A stretch of 63,989 nt of DNA, filler included, from Basidiobolus ranarum (Eukaryota), in the NCBI GenBank assembly GCA_040143965.1. It is 4 parts of 4 records of this genome, joined end to end, with 100 filler letters (N's around TTAATTAATTAA, not from the genome) between each part and the next. Parts side by side here need not be neighbours in the genome. Positions count along the whole stretch, not along the records: positions 1 to 16,952 come from JASJQH010000322.1; positions 17,053 to 34,000 come from JASJQH010000323.1; 2 more parts are not named here. One strand, given 5' to 3'. The notes below the pieces were generated by a model. That model saw nothing but the letters and a program-made list of their open reading frames with translations. It was not told the origin of the DNA and searched no databases. How positions within the stretch are numbered: the first letter of the stretch is position 1; each line of letters starts with the position of its first letter. This document shows positions 11,541 through 23,390 of this stretch, in pieces. The position numbers were made by a program, and so were the translations under genes.

Positions 11541-13925
11541 TTACATAGATGGTGATGCAAAGTTGGAAAATTGATCAATGTAATTGTTCCATTCTTGCAT
11601 ATTGATGTCCATTTGATGATTATTGTAAAATTGGGGATTTCCGATGAACGGAACCGGTGTACAATCTTGTTGGTAGAACTCATTTAGAGAGTGCGATCCT
11701 ATCGATGAATGTGAGTTTGTGAGTGGATTTGCCTCTGATTGTGGACTCATGTAATTCACTGGAGTGCGATATGCTTCGGGGGCGAACAAATTCTTTGGTC
11801 CCTGCATTGTTTGTGAGATATTAGGATATTGGAATATAGGATCCGCAATGTTGATTTGGTTCGGGTTTGTACTCGAAGAAATCATCGGACCTACTGTTGG
11901 AGAGTGATTTGGTGGAGATCCACTCATACTTGCATTGTGTGTAGTAACGCTTACTGGTGAAAGAGATCCCGAATTACGATTCAAGGGTGAGTTAAACTGG
12001 TTTTCTGGAACAATCAATAAAGCTGCAGAATCACTTCGCTTCGGGGCTTTGCAAGATAATTCAGGTGAAATGGCAACTGGAGAAGGTATGAGAGGCTCTG
12101 CGGGAAGCTCGTCTATTTTATGAAATTTGCGATTCTGTACGATTTCTTTCATAAAGTTAAGACACCGTGCCGATCCTGAAGAAACCTCTTGATATTCTTG
12201 TAATAAACGAAGATTGAAAGATAAATTAATCTTTCCCGTCTGTGCAATTTCTGCGTTGCTTGACAGAGAGCTGATCAAATGAATCATAGAAGATGAGAAT
12301 GTGAAGAAAGTCTTGAAAATGACGCCATGTAATCTGTATCCATTAGGTGTATGGTAGCATACAAATGTCATGATACTAGCAGCCCTAGAACAGATTCGAT
12401 GAGCGGGGCTAATCGCAGTAGATTTCTTGTGTATGCTCGCTTTCGGAATAAATGGGCGATTCAGTAAGATGATGGCATATTGACAGAAAGTAGCGAGCAT
12501 AATAGAATGTACATTGTTTGCAATCGGGCGCGAGAAATCATACTTGAATTCCGATGGTAAGGTTGATTCCCAGTCGCGGATTTCTTTGTTCAAAGTCCAA
12601 AGAATCTTACCCGTCACAGCTGCAGTAGGCTGAGTATCAACCCCGTACACTTCTCTCATAATTCGACCAATAATACTTGTCAAACGGATGAGGTGAGTGA
12701 AATACTTTAGTGAGACTGTGGGGTTCGGTAGATTGCTATATACGTGTTTTGGGCTAGAAATTTCCATCGGCAGGCTAGTATCAAAATCGGACTCATTAAT
12801 GGACATTGGCTTTCCTAACACTGAGCTGTGAAAACGATCCATAACCACACAGCACCACCATAGCAGTCTGCGATCTTCTTTTTCAATTGGGTCCATGTTT
12901 TGTGATTCAATATTTCTATGCAAACCCAGATCTTGAGCCATCCGAATAGCCATTCCTAAGAAGAGCCATCCAGATATAGGGCTGAATGTCATTAGGAATA
13001 AAGCTTGAATGACGGGAATGGACGATGAGTGATACTCCAAATCAAGATACGATTTAGTACGAAGGAAGAACATCCTGGCATATTTCGTACAAGATTCGAC
13101 GTCAGGAAATATGTTATAATCTCCAGAGTGGATACATGCAAGACCGTACACTGCATTAAGAAGTATCGGGGGAACTGTCCCCTCCTGGTACTTTTTCATA
13201 AATCCGTTTGCATGAAATACTGGTAGGTACGGGTGGAACCGACAGAAGTAGCTCTTTAGCAACTTTTCACCTAACTCAGGTGGTGGGAAGCTATCCGGTA
13301 GATCCGGGATATCATTTGATACCTCAGGAAGGAGTTTTCGGATATCATGTATAGATTGACTCCTCTTGACATTATCGTTTAGTAAATACATTCCTGAACT
13401 ACTTCCAGCATAACGATATGGTATATCTTGAGGATATACTGAGTTCTGGTCAGTTCCCGGAACTTCCTCCTCCTCGTCGTCTTGACTTTCCTCCTCGCTC
13501 GATTCCTAAAGAGGTATTTTTAGTATTTGTGTCTTCGGGGTTTTGTTAATGAGCAATACCATTACCTCTAATTCGTCTTGATGAGGTGACTCTACATTGG
13601 AAGAATCATGGTTAATGGAGCGTAATTCGTTGGCAATCTGATTAGGCACAGAGCCACCATGATCCACGAGCGAAGTGAGTAAACTTTCCAAATGCTTTAA
13701 CCGAGCTTCTAGGGCTTTTGGTTGAGAAGTTTGAGGGCCACGTTTTCTAGGCTTATCGAGATATGTGCAATCGTGACTAAGAGTGCTACAATTGGAGCAA
13801 GTAGGCTTCAGACCATCACATTTGACTTTTTTCCTTCTGCACAGATCACACGCACGACTTGTTCTAGATTTCTTGTTTGCGCTGGATTCATTAGAAAAGC
13901 TAGCTTCTTGTGAAGAGGATAGCAT
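11541..13925 (-). CDS. Zn2Cys6 transcription factor with fungal-specific middle homology domain
   Basis: ACDLCRRKKVKCDGLKPTCSNCSTLSHDC; intron 13506-13565; YLGSSSG, AIRMAQDLGLHR, EDRRLLWW. Confidence 0.93.
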
Positions 13926-15007
13926 GAGAACAATTTATAAAGGGCTGAGAGAATATGAATAAAGTAGAAAGAATATTGCACTGAAAGATCGAGTATGCTC
14001 TGTTTGTGATTTCGAATAGACTAACTGAAAAAAGCAAAGGAGTAGTCAAAAATGGAAAAAGAAAGCCGAACTGTACAGAATATATCAGGTGAAGTTGTAT
14101 AGTATAATTTATGGTAAACCTCAAACGCTCACAGTTTGCGAGTATTTACGTATATATTATAGTTTGCTGGTGAGATTTTGCTGAGGTTCAATACTTTATA
14201 TATTTGTTTGAAATACAAATACAGAATGAACAGGATGGGAGCAGTATAGTGCCAAAGTACAGGGATTAATTATGTATGTAAACAGCAATTTATCATATAT
14301 AATGAATATACTAAATTCGAAAAGTAAAAATGATTTGAAAATTTTTCTAGCTTACTAATGACAGATGTGTTTCAAATGTGAAGCACCAATTATGTCAGAA
14401 ATAGATATATATATACATACTATACCACTAACTAACCCTATACTACATCTGGTAATTGTCCAAAGAAATGAACTGACATTATATGGATAGCTAGCATACA
14501 GCGAATGAGGCCGCGATGTGTCATATTGAGATGGTTTGCTTGAATTAAGTAATTTACCTAAGCATCGAAGAGAATTCAGTAACCAAGAACGCTTGTAAAA
14601 AAGGCAATATTGCTGTCCACTATATTAGTACATATAGTTGGCAAAGCAGAATACTAACTAATTTGGCATAGCACTAATTTCTTCTACCATCATACATTTC
14701 CTGAATTCACAACGGCTGAAAGGGGAAATTTTGGAAGCGAACAGACATGCTTTACACGCACCTTGATCTCAGGTGACTGCCTTCATTTTAGTAAAACACA
14801 CATATGGTGATGCATACCTGCTTACCCCACCATAACTTTAGTATCTTTTTGATTTGCTCAGCATTTCTTTATGAATGTTAGGACCGGCCGAGACTTACAA
14901 TTCGAGTCCCAACTCTATCCATGTGATCAATTTTATCTCAGTTAGAGTTATTATGTTGCAATGTGTAGAAACTAAGGTGCTAGCTAACGTTGGCTGATCG
15001 TAGGGGG

Positions 15008-15287
15008 TTAGGGTTAGGGTATGGGTATTCCAAATTAAACACCTACGGCTAATCGGGATCCTGTCTTAGGGTTAGGGGTACCCATTATGTTAATTCAAAT
15101 TACACAGGTGTATTTGATGATTTGCATTGGTGGGTGGCGAAAAAACGCCATTGATGTTTGAGAGCCTATCAGTAGAGATGTTGAGATATCTATCCCTATC
15201 TTGCCTTCCAGCCATTAAAACTCACTCGATTGAATGTGTAACAGCCATGCAGTAACATCAGCAATTCATCGTGACAACCCTAACCCT
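15008..15287. repeat. Cluster of short interstitial (TTAGGG)2 motifs
   Basis: TTAGGGTTAGGG at 15008 and 15066; AACCCTAACCCT at 15276. Confidence 0.6.
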
Positions 15288-15989
15288 CTCTTAGTTGTAC
15301 ATCGAAAGTGGCCAAAGATCGCTCTGCGGAAGGCTGGTGAATAAACAAAGCAATCAACAGATCTATTTAATACCTCCTGTGTAATCCCTAGCACTGGAAA
15401 TGGAGGTGTATGAAGAAATACCCCCCAGATCTATACGATAGTTTTGACTGCTTATGTCGTTACATAGCTCATAAAATCCCCTATTGATGTGTCTCATTTA
15501 ATGGAAAGATTCCGCAGATAAAGGTTATCATTACTAATCGATTGAAGCATCAGTGTTGTTAAACTAAATACTGCGATCTTTATCAAGAAAGGGATCGAAA
15601 TGATTTAAAATAATCAATAACAAATTAAGAGGTACTAACAGTCGGTGGGTAGAGTGTGTAAGAATAAACATCTATAGGCCCAAGTCAGTTCGAAAAGAGC
15701 AGTAGGTACAGTTACTTTCAGTATGCTCGTGAATTTCACAGGATGCAGTAGACGGCAGTAGTTAGGACTAACCACTGTAATCCCGACGCATCTAAAATTT
15801 CCCGAAAACTATATATCAATCGTTTGCTAACCTGGAGTCAAACCAAACAAGTAAATCAGCCATTAGCCTTCCAACAAATAACTAGAAGGCCTCTGAAACT
15901 CAACCAGCAAAAAACACGTTCAGAAATACAAGATACTCTACTACTACTATCTCTAGCACCACCCTCTGATCTCTCGTCGCTATTCAAGT

Positions 15990-16565
15990 ATGCTTTTCAA
16001 TCGTATCTGCCTCTACACCATCCTCTCTGCTGTCCTCTATCGTGTGGAAGCCAGCCCATCCATCACTTCTCCCCTGGGAAGCAACTGGCAAGCAGGAACC
16101 ACACAGACAATCACCTGGATAGATAATGGGGACAAGAAAGAGATGCCTGAGTATTTTGACTTGTATCTCATGGCCGGTAAGATGACTGCACTCCAACAAG
16201 TAGATATTATCGCCACCAACGTCACTTCAAAGCTAGGACAATATAAATGGGACATCCCCAAGGACACTCCATCCGGTAAGGATTACGCCATTCGTATTGG
16301 AGCACCACCTAGTATTTCATACAGCCCATACTTTGAGATATCAGGTGGCAATGGAACCAGATCGGAAAGTTCCACAGGAAATGGTGGCTCATCTAGCAAC
16401 ACAGAAACAAAACCCTCAAATAATACTTCCAAAACTGATGAGCAAGCGCCTAATTCCAGCATAATTTCAAGTGCTCATGCCAAGCCATCAGATGGGTTTG
16501 CCAGCAAATATAACTTGAATCACATGTGGATTTTATATGGATTAGCTATATCTATGTATGCTTAA
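15990..16565 (+). CDS. Secreted Ser/Thr-rich, probably GPI-anchored protein (Kre9/Knh1-like), paralog of 1367-2053
   Basis: Signal peptide, ITSPLGSNWQAGTTQTITW, YKWDIP..GKDYAIRIG..YSPYFEI, S/T/N-rich stalk, hydrophobic tail. Confidence 0.85.
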   Translation: MLFNRICLYTILSAVLYRVEASPSITSPLGSNWQAGTTQTITWIDNGDKKEMPEYFDLYLMAGKMTALQQVDIIATNVTSKLGQYKWDIPKDTPSGKDYAIRIGAPPSISYSPYFEISGGNGTRSESSTGNGGSSSNTETKPSNNTSKTDEQAPNSSIISSAHAKPSDGFASKYNLNHMWILYGLAISMYA

Positions 16566-16952
16566 CTTGTCTCCTACTTTATATTTACGCAATCTTCCGA
16601 TTAGAAATATTTATCTAAATTTAATAAAGCTCACTAATATCCCATATATATATGCGCACGAAGTGATTGTAACAATAGAATACTAGAATATTAAACTTAA
16701 TATACGAGAAAACGATTGATCGTGCATTTACTAGTTAAAATTAACAAAAAGTTAGTAGCGAAAGTGATGTATATTACAGTATGAATTAATGGGAACTTAT
16801 GATGCTCGTTTATGTTTAGTATGCCCGTAAAATTCTCCACCGCTAAGTTGCAGTCAATGGCAGTAACCAGGATTAACTGCTGCAATCCTGATGCACCTAA
16901 AATTTCCCGATGACTATATATCAACCACTCGCTAACCTGAAGTCAAATCAAA

Positions 16953-17052
16953 NNNNNNNNNNNNNNNNNNNNNNNNNNNNNNNNNNNNNNNNNNNNTTAA
17001 TTAATTAANNNNNNNNNNNNNNNNNNNNNNNNNNNNNNNNNNNNNNNNNNNN
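16953..17052. other. Artificial contig-joining spacer
   Basis: N44 + TTAATTAATTAA (stops in all six frames) + N44. Confidence 0.98.
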
Positions 17053-17053
17053 G

Positions 17054-17194
17054 AATTGTGGTACCGAAGGCAGATTCAAGTGCGAAGGAAACCAATTCCT
17101 TGTCTGTCAATTTGGTGAATGGGAACTGCAAAATGTTTGTGGAGATAACTGCTGCAGTGTAATTCAATACGCCCAATACTGTTACAATTGTTGA
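17054..17194 (+). CDS. 3' end of a Cys-rich protein (CBM19-like small disulfide domain), truncated by the contig start
   Basis: Open frame NCGTEGRFKCEGNQFLVCQFGEWELQNVCGDNCCSVIQYAQYCYNC* with 8 Cys in 46 aa; not in the ORF track. Confidence 0.6.
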   Translation, partial: NCGTEGRFKCEGNQFLVCQFGEWELQNVCGDNCCSVIQYAQYCYNC

Positions 17195-17278
17195 GAAAAG
17201 CAAGGAAAGAATTTCCACTCGTAAATATTGAAATTTTTATTGCTTAGTACATATATATCATTACAAGAGTGAATAGAA

Positions 17279-17539
17279 TCATTCTTGAATCAATTCTTCT
17301 TTAGAGATTCGTATTCTCGGACCAATCACTTGGTTATAGTTCTCTATCTTATTGATCCAATAAAAGTTCTGTCCTTCCTCAATATTTAAAGCATCTTCAA
17401 TTAAAACTAGATCGTTTTTCTTTATATCCCCATGAGTTGTTTTGATTCTGCGTACATTTCCAATAGTTGGAAGTCGTTGAAACTGATGATTTCTGTAGAT
17501 CGTTTTAGGATGATAGTGTTCCGGTCCTGATTGAGTCAT
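17279..17539 (-). CDS. Hypothetical 86-aa protein
   Basis: ATG start, TATATAAG about 65 nt upstream, AATAAA downstream, globular-looking composition; no family recognised. Confidence 0.45.
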   Translation of the reverse strand: MTQSGPEHYHPKTIYRNHQFQRLPTIGNVRRIKTTHGDIKKNDLVLIEDALNIEEGQNFYWINKIENYNQVIGPRIRISKEELIQE

Positions 17540-17945
17540 ATTGTTGGTTGTACGGTAAATTTGTAACTAGAAGTGTTTGCAGTAACCAGTCGAATCTTCT
17601 CCGCTTATATAGACAAGTGCGATTTAGTCGGAAACGGTCTAGGCTGGCTCTTTAACAACAGTGATCAAATGGTTGATTAACCCTCTAAATGTTGCCAAAG
17701 TCTGAGTATGTATGCATGCATGTTTCATTAGTCATGACATTCCTATACAAATTGGGTAGGATACTGTCAGACTACCTGTCAGGCTATATGTCAGATGCTA
17801 GGACTAGTCCGTCGAAAGTAAAAACCAAAGGCGCAATACTGATTGAAAACCACCAAAGGGGTCTCCAACAAATGTGTGCAGATAGCACCAAACCCCAACC
17901 ATCAATCTATACCACTAAATCTAACTATCATCAATCCCTTATGTT

Positions 17946-18003
17946 TAACCCTAACCCTAAACTAAGTGGCACTAGAAACATTCCAACTTTTAACCCTAAC
18001 CCT
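17946..18003. repeat. Pair of short CCCTAA telomere-like motifs
   Basis: TAACCCTAACCCTAA at 17946 and TAACCCTAACCCT at 17991. Confidence 0.6.
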
Positions 18004-18399
18004 TATTAAACCTGTGCATAAGCTACACTAAGTTGTCAAACAAACTTAGAGTTAGTCCGGTAAGAAACACCAATGAATTCTCTCGAATAATTATTACGGC
18101 TGTGATGCTCAGGGTGGCTCTGACGAGTATTTATTACGGTGGAATACAAATTAATAATACGACCGGCAGATACATGAGAATGCAGTAAACAGTTTCCCCA
18201 ATCAGCTCCTGAACCATGGGAATTTTTCTTAAAAGCCTGATTCATCTTTCCCCACGCTATGAATTACGTTTCTAAGGGATCATGTTGAATGAAGGAATTA
18301 TCATGTGATTAGTGGAAAATAGCCATTCCTTTATTACTTGCTCTGGGTGGAGTGGAATTTTGCTTATCTCACCTCTTTTGACTTCATTTTCCATTGAAT

Positions 18400-19608
18400 A
18401 TGTTTGCTGCAAGACGCCTCTTCGTTGCTCCTCAATTCACCCCCATTTTGACATCTTCTATTAGAAATGTAGGCCTTCACTTTTATTCAACCGTGATTCC
18501 AATCAAACGTGTTACTTATATTCTTTTCACTTGGGTTTATTTAGGTTCAACCTGGTCTCTTTACTCGTGGATATGCTAGTGCAAGTGAAGTGTCAACTCT
18601 ACTTCTTGTCGAACATAAAGATAACTTGGTAGCACCTTCCACCCTAAGTGCTTTAAGTGCTGCCGGTAAACTTGGTGGTAAAGTTACTGCCTTAGTAGCT
18701 GGTGAGAATCCCGAGGAAGTAGCCAACATTGTTAGCAAGTTAGAGAACGTAACCAAAGTACTTATCGCCAAAGATAAACTTTATGAACACGGTCTTCCTG
18801 AGACTTTCGCACCATTAGTGGTTGCCACTCAAAAGAGTCTTGGTTTTACTCATTTGATAACTGGTCATTCTGCATTTGGTAAAAATATATTTCCACGTGT
18901 AGCCGCTCTTTTAGATGTCGCTCAAGTATCTGACATTACCGCGGTGGAGTCTGCTGATACTTTCGTGAGACCTATTTACGCTGGTAATGGATTAGACTTA
19001 TTTTGAGTTTATCCTATCTCTCTTATCGCGGAACTAATGAAAATTCTATTGAAATTTTAGGTAATGCCATTGCTAAAGTCAAATCCAATGATGAAATCAA
19101 AATTATCACTGTTCGTGGTACTTCCTTCCCTGCTGCTGGTAGCCAGAGTGAAGCGGCCGCTAGTGAACAAGCACCTGATGCTGACAAACCTGAAACTGTT
19201 CAATGGATTAAAGAAGAAATCAGCAAGAGTGATAGACCCGATTTGAGTACCGCTACCAGAGTTATTAGTGGTGGTCGTGCATTGAAGAGCAGTGAAAACT
19301 TCAAGATTCTCTACGATCTTGCTGATAAGATTGACGCAGCAGTTGGTGCTTCTCGTGCCGCCGTAGATGCCGGATATGCTGATAATTCACTTCAAGTAGG
19401 ACAAACTGGTAAGATTGTCGCTCCTCAATTGTATATTGCTGTCGGTATCTCCGGAGCTATCCAACATTTGGCCGGTATGAAAGATAGTAAGGTAATCGTT
19501 GCTATCAACAAAGATGCCGATGCACCAATCTTCCAAGTGGCTGATTACGGATTAGTTGCTGATCTTTTCACTGCTGTACCTGAATTAACTGAGAAATTAT
19601 CCAAATAA
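18400..19608 (+). CDS. ETFA: Electron transfer flavoprotein alpha subunit, mitochondrial
   Basis: [64 protein letters not shown]; 2 introns. Confidence 0.97.
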
Positions 19609-20245
19609 TCTCACATCTTTCAATCCCCCCCTAACATATTCACTCATCTCATTGTAAGCTAAAATAAAGCACCTTTCTATATATTGGTGAAGATATTTTC
19701 ACTCTATACTCACTACTGTTTAGCGAATACTTTTGGAATGGGTAAATGGGACATAAATAATATACATTGTGTTGTACTTTTCAAATGACTCTTTGGATGT
19801 ACTAGAAAATTCGAATGGCATAAATATCTATCGCCATATACAGCCAATAAAGGTAGAAGATAGATCAGCAAAGTTATTCCCTTGGGCGGAAGATGAGGAT
19901 AGTATAGTATTATGACTTGAAGTCAGGGTCTAGTCGGGTAGGGTTAGGGTTAGGATTAAGGTCACGAGAATTTTAGATAGGGAAATGCGTGGTAACACAA
20001 ACTATTTGAGATTTTCCGGTTTACCAAATCCAGTCCAAGAATTCGACAATTCCCGAAGTCATAACAACATTCAAGATGGAATGAATAGGTAACAAGAGCA
20101 GAAAAGTGAAGAAATATGAGGAATCAATAGAAGATTTATTGAATGAGAATACCTAATCCCTAATGAATATCATCCAAGATTCCGAATAATTTACATGAAA
20201 CTCTTAGAGTAATGTACATATCTATGTTGGTATTGAGTCAACCGT

Positions 20246-20719
20246 TTACGAGCGTAATCGATTGATCAATGAAACTCTAGCTTGATTGTAAGGTACCTGA
20301 CGCTTTGAAGATATCTTGATGTGTTGCTTTAAGTCCTGCGAAAAGCAAGCCTCTTCACTGAAGGAAGATTTTCTAGATAATGATGATGTAGTTGAAGAAC
20401 GGCCCAGTAATCCATGTAAAAGTGATACACGAACACCTCTATGAGTGAAAGATTTTCTTTTCTTGAAAGTTAGAGTGGTGATTTTAGGATCAGTTGCATG
20501 ATCACCACATAATGGATCCTCTGTATTCACCACTGCTTCAACCGGGAAGTAGATGGAATATTCATTAGTGAGGAAAGAATTGAATTGAACTTTCTTTTGA
20601 ACGATATTTCCATTCAATTCTAATGATCTCTTTCTACACTCAAGAGGGATAGTCTCCTGGACGGGTTCTTGGTCATCTGTTAGAAAAGTAGAAGAAGTCA
20701 TATTGATAAGAATTCTCAT
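20246..20719 (-). CDS. Hypothetical 157-aa protein
   Basis: ATG-started ORF with TATAAA about 25 nt upstream; S/R-rich; no family recognised. Confidence 0.5.
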   Translation of the reverse strand: MRILINMTSSTFLTDDQEPVQETIPLECRKRSLELNGNIVQKKVQFNSFLTNEYSIYFPVEAVVNTEDPLCGDHATDPKITTLTFKKRKSFTHRGVRVSLLHGLLGRSSTTSSLSRKSSFSEEACFSQDLKQHIKISSKRQVPYNQARVSLINRLRS

Positions 20720-21563
20720 GGTGGGGGGAGTCTTCGTGGCTCTCTTTATATCCTCTGAATACCTTCTATTACCCAGATCTACTGTAGATTCGATCCTAGA
20801 TCACCAATGAATCTATTCATAACCATACACTTCAAGGTGCGCCACTACCATCAGTAGGCTACCTTGGGATCCTCACCCTGACTTTAGCGCTAGCTCCCAA
20901 CCATTCCTTGACCTACCATTGAACCCTGGTTGTTCTTCTACTTGATCGGGGATTTAATTTATCCAACTAAGTGAATTAGGAGTCAAGGTATTCATCCTAT
21001 CACACCCCATAAACCCCTTTTTACAACAAAATCCAAGAATTCCAAACAACTAATCCAGCACCAACACATCAATATGGATAAAATGTAAATGACAGTGTGG
21101 GTGTGGGTGTGCGAGTGGATGTGAATGGAGTGGAGAAAGTGGTGGTTATTGGTAATAAACATACCTAAAATTTCTACTCAGTTTCCCAGTCAAGCCGGCC
21201 ACAACATAGAGAGATGTTTTTTCACTGGCTGTCCAGAGCAGTATAGGTTGGGTGGCTTTCATGATTTTCTATTTTTATTAGATCTAACTATTTCCTAGGA
21301 TCAGTCTGCCTAGTCCCGTCTCGTTCGCTCTCGGGAAAATAATTCATGGTTGAAAGCAGCTAATATTAACCATTCTTAAGTAACTATATGATTCGTACCA
21401 ATCACTAGCCTTTGAACCAATGGAATGACTGAACCGATAACTCGTTAGTATTAACTCGCATTTTCTAGAATTGCAAATTTATTACGGAGAATACATAAAA
21501 TGGGCCTGAAAAATCAACATTATAATGAATGAATGTACATGATGAAAACCTTGGGAAATCTGG

Positions 21564-22950
21564 TTAATCCGATTTCTGAACTCTTGCGAGATACTCAGCC
21601 GAGGGAGTTTGATATTCATCGAGAAAATATTGTTTATCTTTTTGAAGATACCTTATGATGCAAAGAAACCCTACTTAGAACTAATGGTTGATGTGGCTCA
21701 AATACTAGACACTTACTTCAAAAAGCTGCTCAAATGTTCTCGCATAATGCTAATTCCATCCTGCTCCATGTTTGCATGAGAAAGTAACATCGGCATTTGA
21801 ACTAACATTTAGGAAGATATATTAATCTTTCTAGAAGCAATACTATAGCTAATTGAAAATTACCGAAAAGACGTAAAAGATGTTCAGCTCCATATATATC
21901 GGCTGCCTCTTTGTGTGGAAATTCATTAGAGATATCTACGAATTGCTCCCGCTCAAAACGATACAAAAGGATCGTCCCCAAAGCTTTGTTAAAGTAAAGC
22001 TTGATTCCCAGTAGTATCTCATTTAATATATCTGCGCTAATTCAACGATCAGTTTGGAACTGGTTAACAATAGCAGGTGGGTAGTGAATACCTTTCTCGA
22101 TTCCCATTTCTCGCATTAGAAAATTTACGATACTCTTCTAGGATTTCTGTGACATTTGGGGAACGTGGCAAAGGTACAAGCTAAAGTTTGAGATTATATG
22201 AGTGAACATTTGAACGATTGGATAAGATTATCTATAACACGTACACGCTGTTGCTTCACGACCCACTCCCAATCTGTGATCAGCCGTTCTTTCAATAATG
22301 AAGGGATGATAATTTTTATGTCCGGAGGTTTCCAGTAAGCCTCGTCAGCTTGCTAATGATCAACATTAATGCCATCTTTCCTAGTATACGCTATTGAGCA
22401 GTTGAAAATACCTTGGCTTTTTCACTGGACGTTTCTCTACTTCGTTTACGCGTCGTACTAATGGCCTCTTTATTTCTGCCTCCCTTTTTGATCTTATATA
22501 CTTGTTTAAGTTCGACTTGCTTAGCCAAGTTCTCTGCATTATGCTTTAAGGTACGAGATTCGGGAACCCATTCATCCCAACTTCATAACGAAAACCATAG
22601 GACATTAGTCAACGTTAAATACCAATACTAGCAACTTTTTAAAATAAAATTATCTTGAAACTTACGTTTGCTTCCAACCTTTATAATGAACAAAATAATG
22701 GGCCCCTTCTTCTAACTCTTCCCCAGTTTCAGGGTCTATACCTTCCTCCCACCATTCAGCTTTGAGAACCTAGAAGTAGGAAATGTTATTAAATAATTAA
22801 TCTGAAAAAAAATGAAAAAATTCAAGTCTCCGCATAAAAATTCAAATCAAAGGAAAGACCACCTACTTTTGCTTCATAGAGTAACGGTCCATGAAAACAT
22901 AGGATTTTTTCTTCTTTCTTAAAAGAAAGTTTACGTTCTTGATCAGTCAT
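21564..22950 (-). CDS. EAF3: Chromodomain + MRG-domain protein (NuA4/Rpd3S subunit)
   Basis: KILCFHGPLLYEAK, HYKGWKQTWDEWVPESR, LITDWEWVK, YFNKALGTILLYRFER, IYGAEHLLRLF across about 8 exons. Confidence 0.92.
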
Positions 22951-23390
22951 TGTTTGTTGACTCCGTTTTCGAAAAAGAGAGAAGAAATGCTTGCTTGATC
23001 ATTCAGAATTGAAATAAAGAGCAGTCATTTTCGTGATAATTTACATTGTCAAATTAACCATTTGATTGGGAGTTAGTTATGATGAAACCATAATGCATGA
23101 ATTATGTAAAAATTAATGGGTGTCTTATTATATACAATATAATCTGTAAAATATGTAGAAAATTGCGTTTCCAAATAGTGATGAGGTAGTTAGTTATGAT
23201 TATAACTTAACCAGGACAAATGTTTGAGTAAATAAAGGTAGCAGAGTAGAGAAGATAAAAATGCAAAGTAACAAGGAAAGGAAATGTGCGTGGATTAGAG
23301 GTGAATACAACGTTCAATCTGGAAATGCTTGGGAACCAGCACCAAAAAACGAGATAAATTAGATATTATTCGATGAGAAGTATCGGTATC

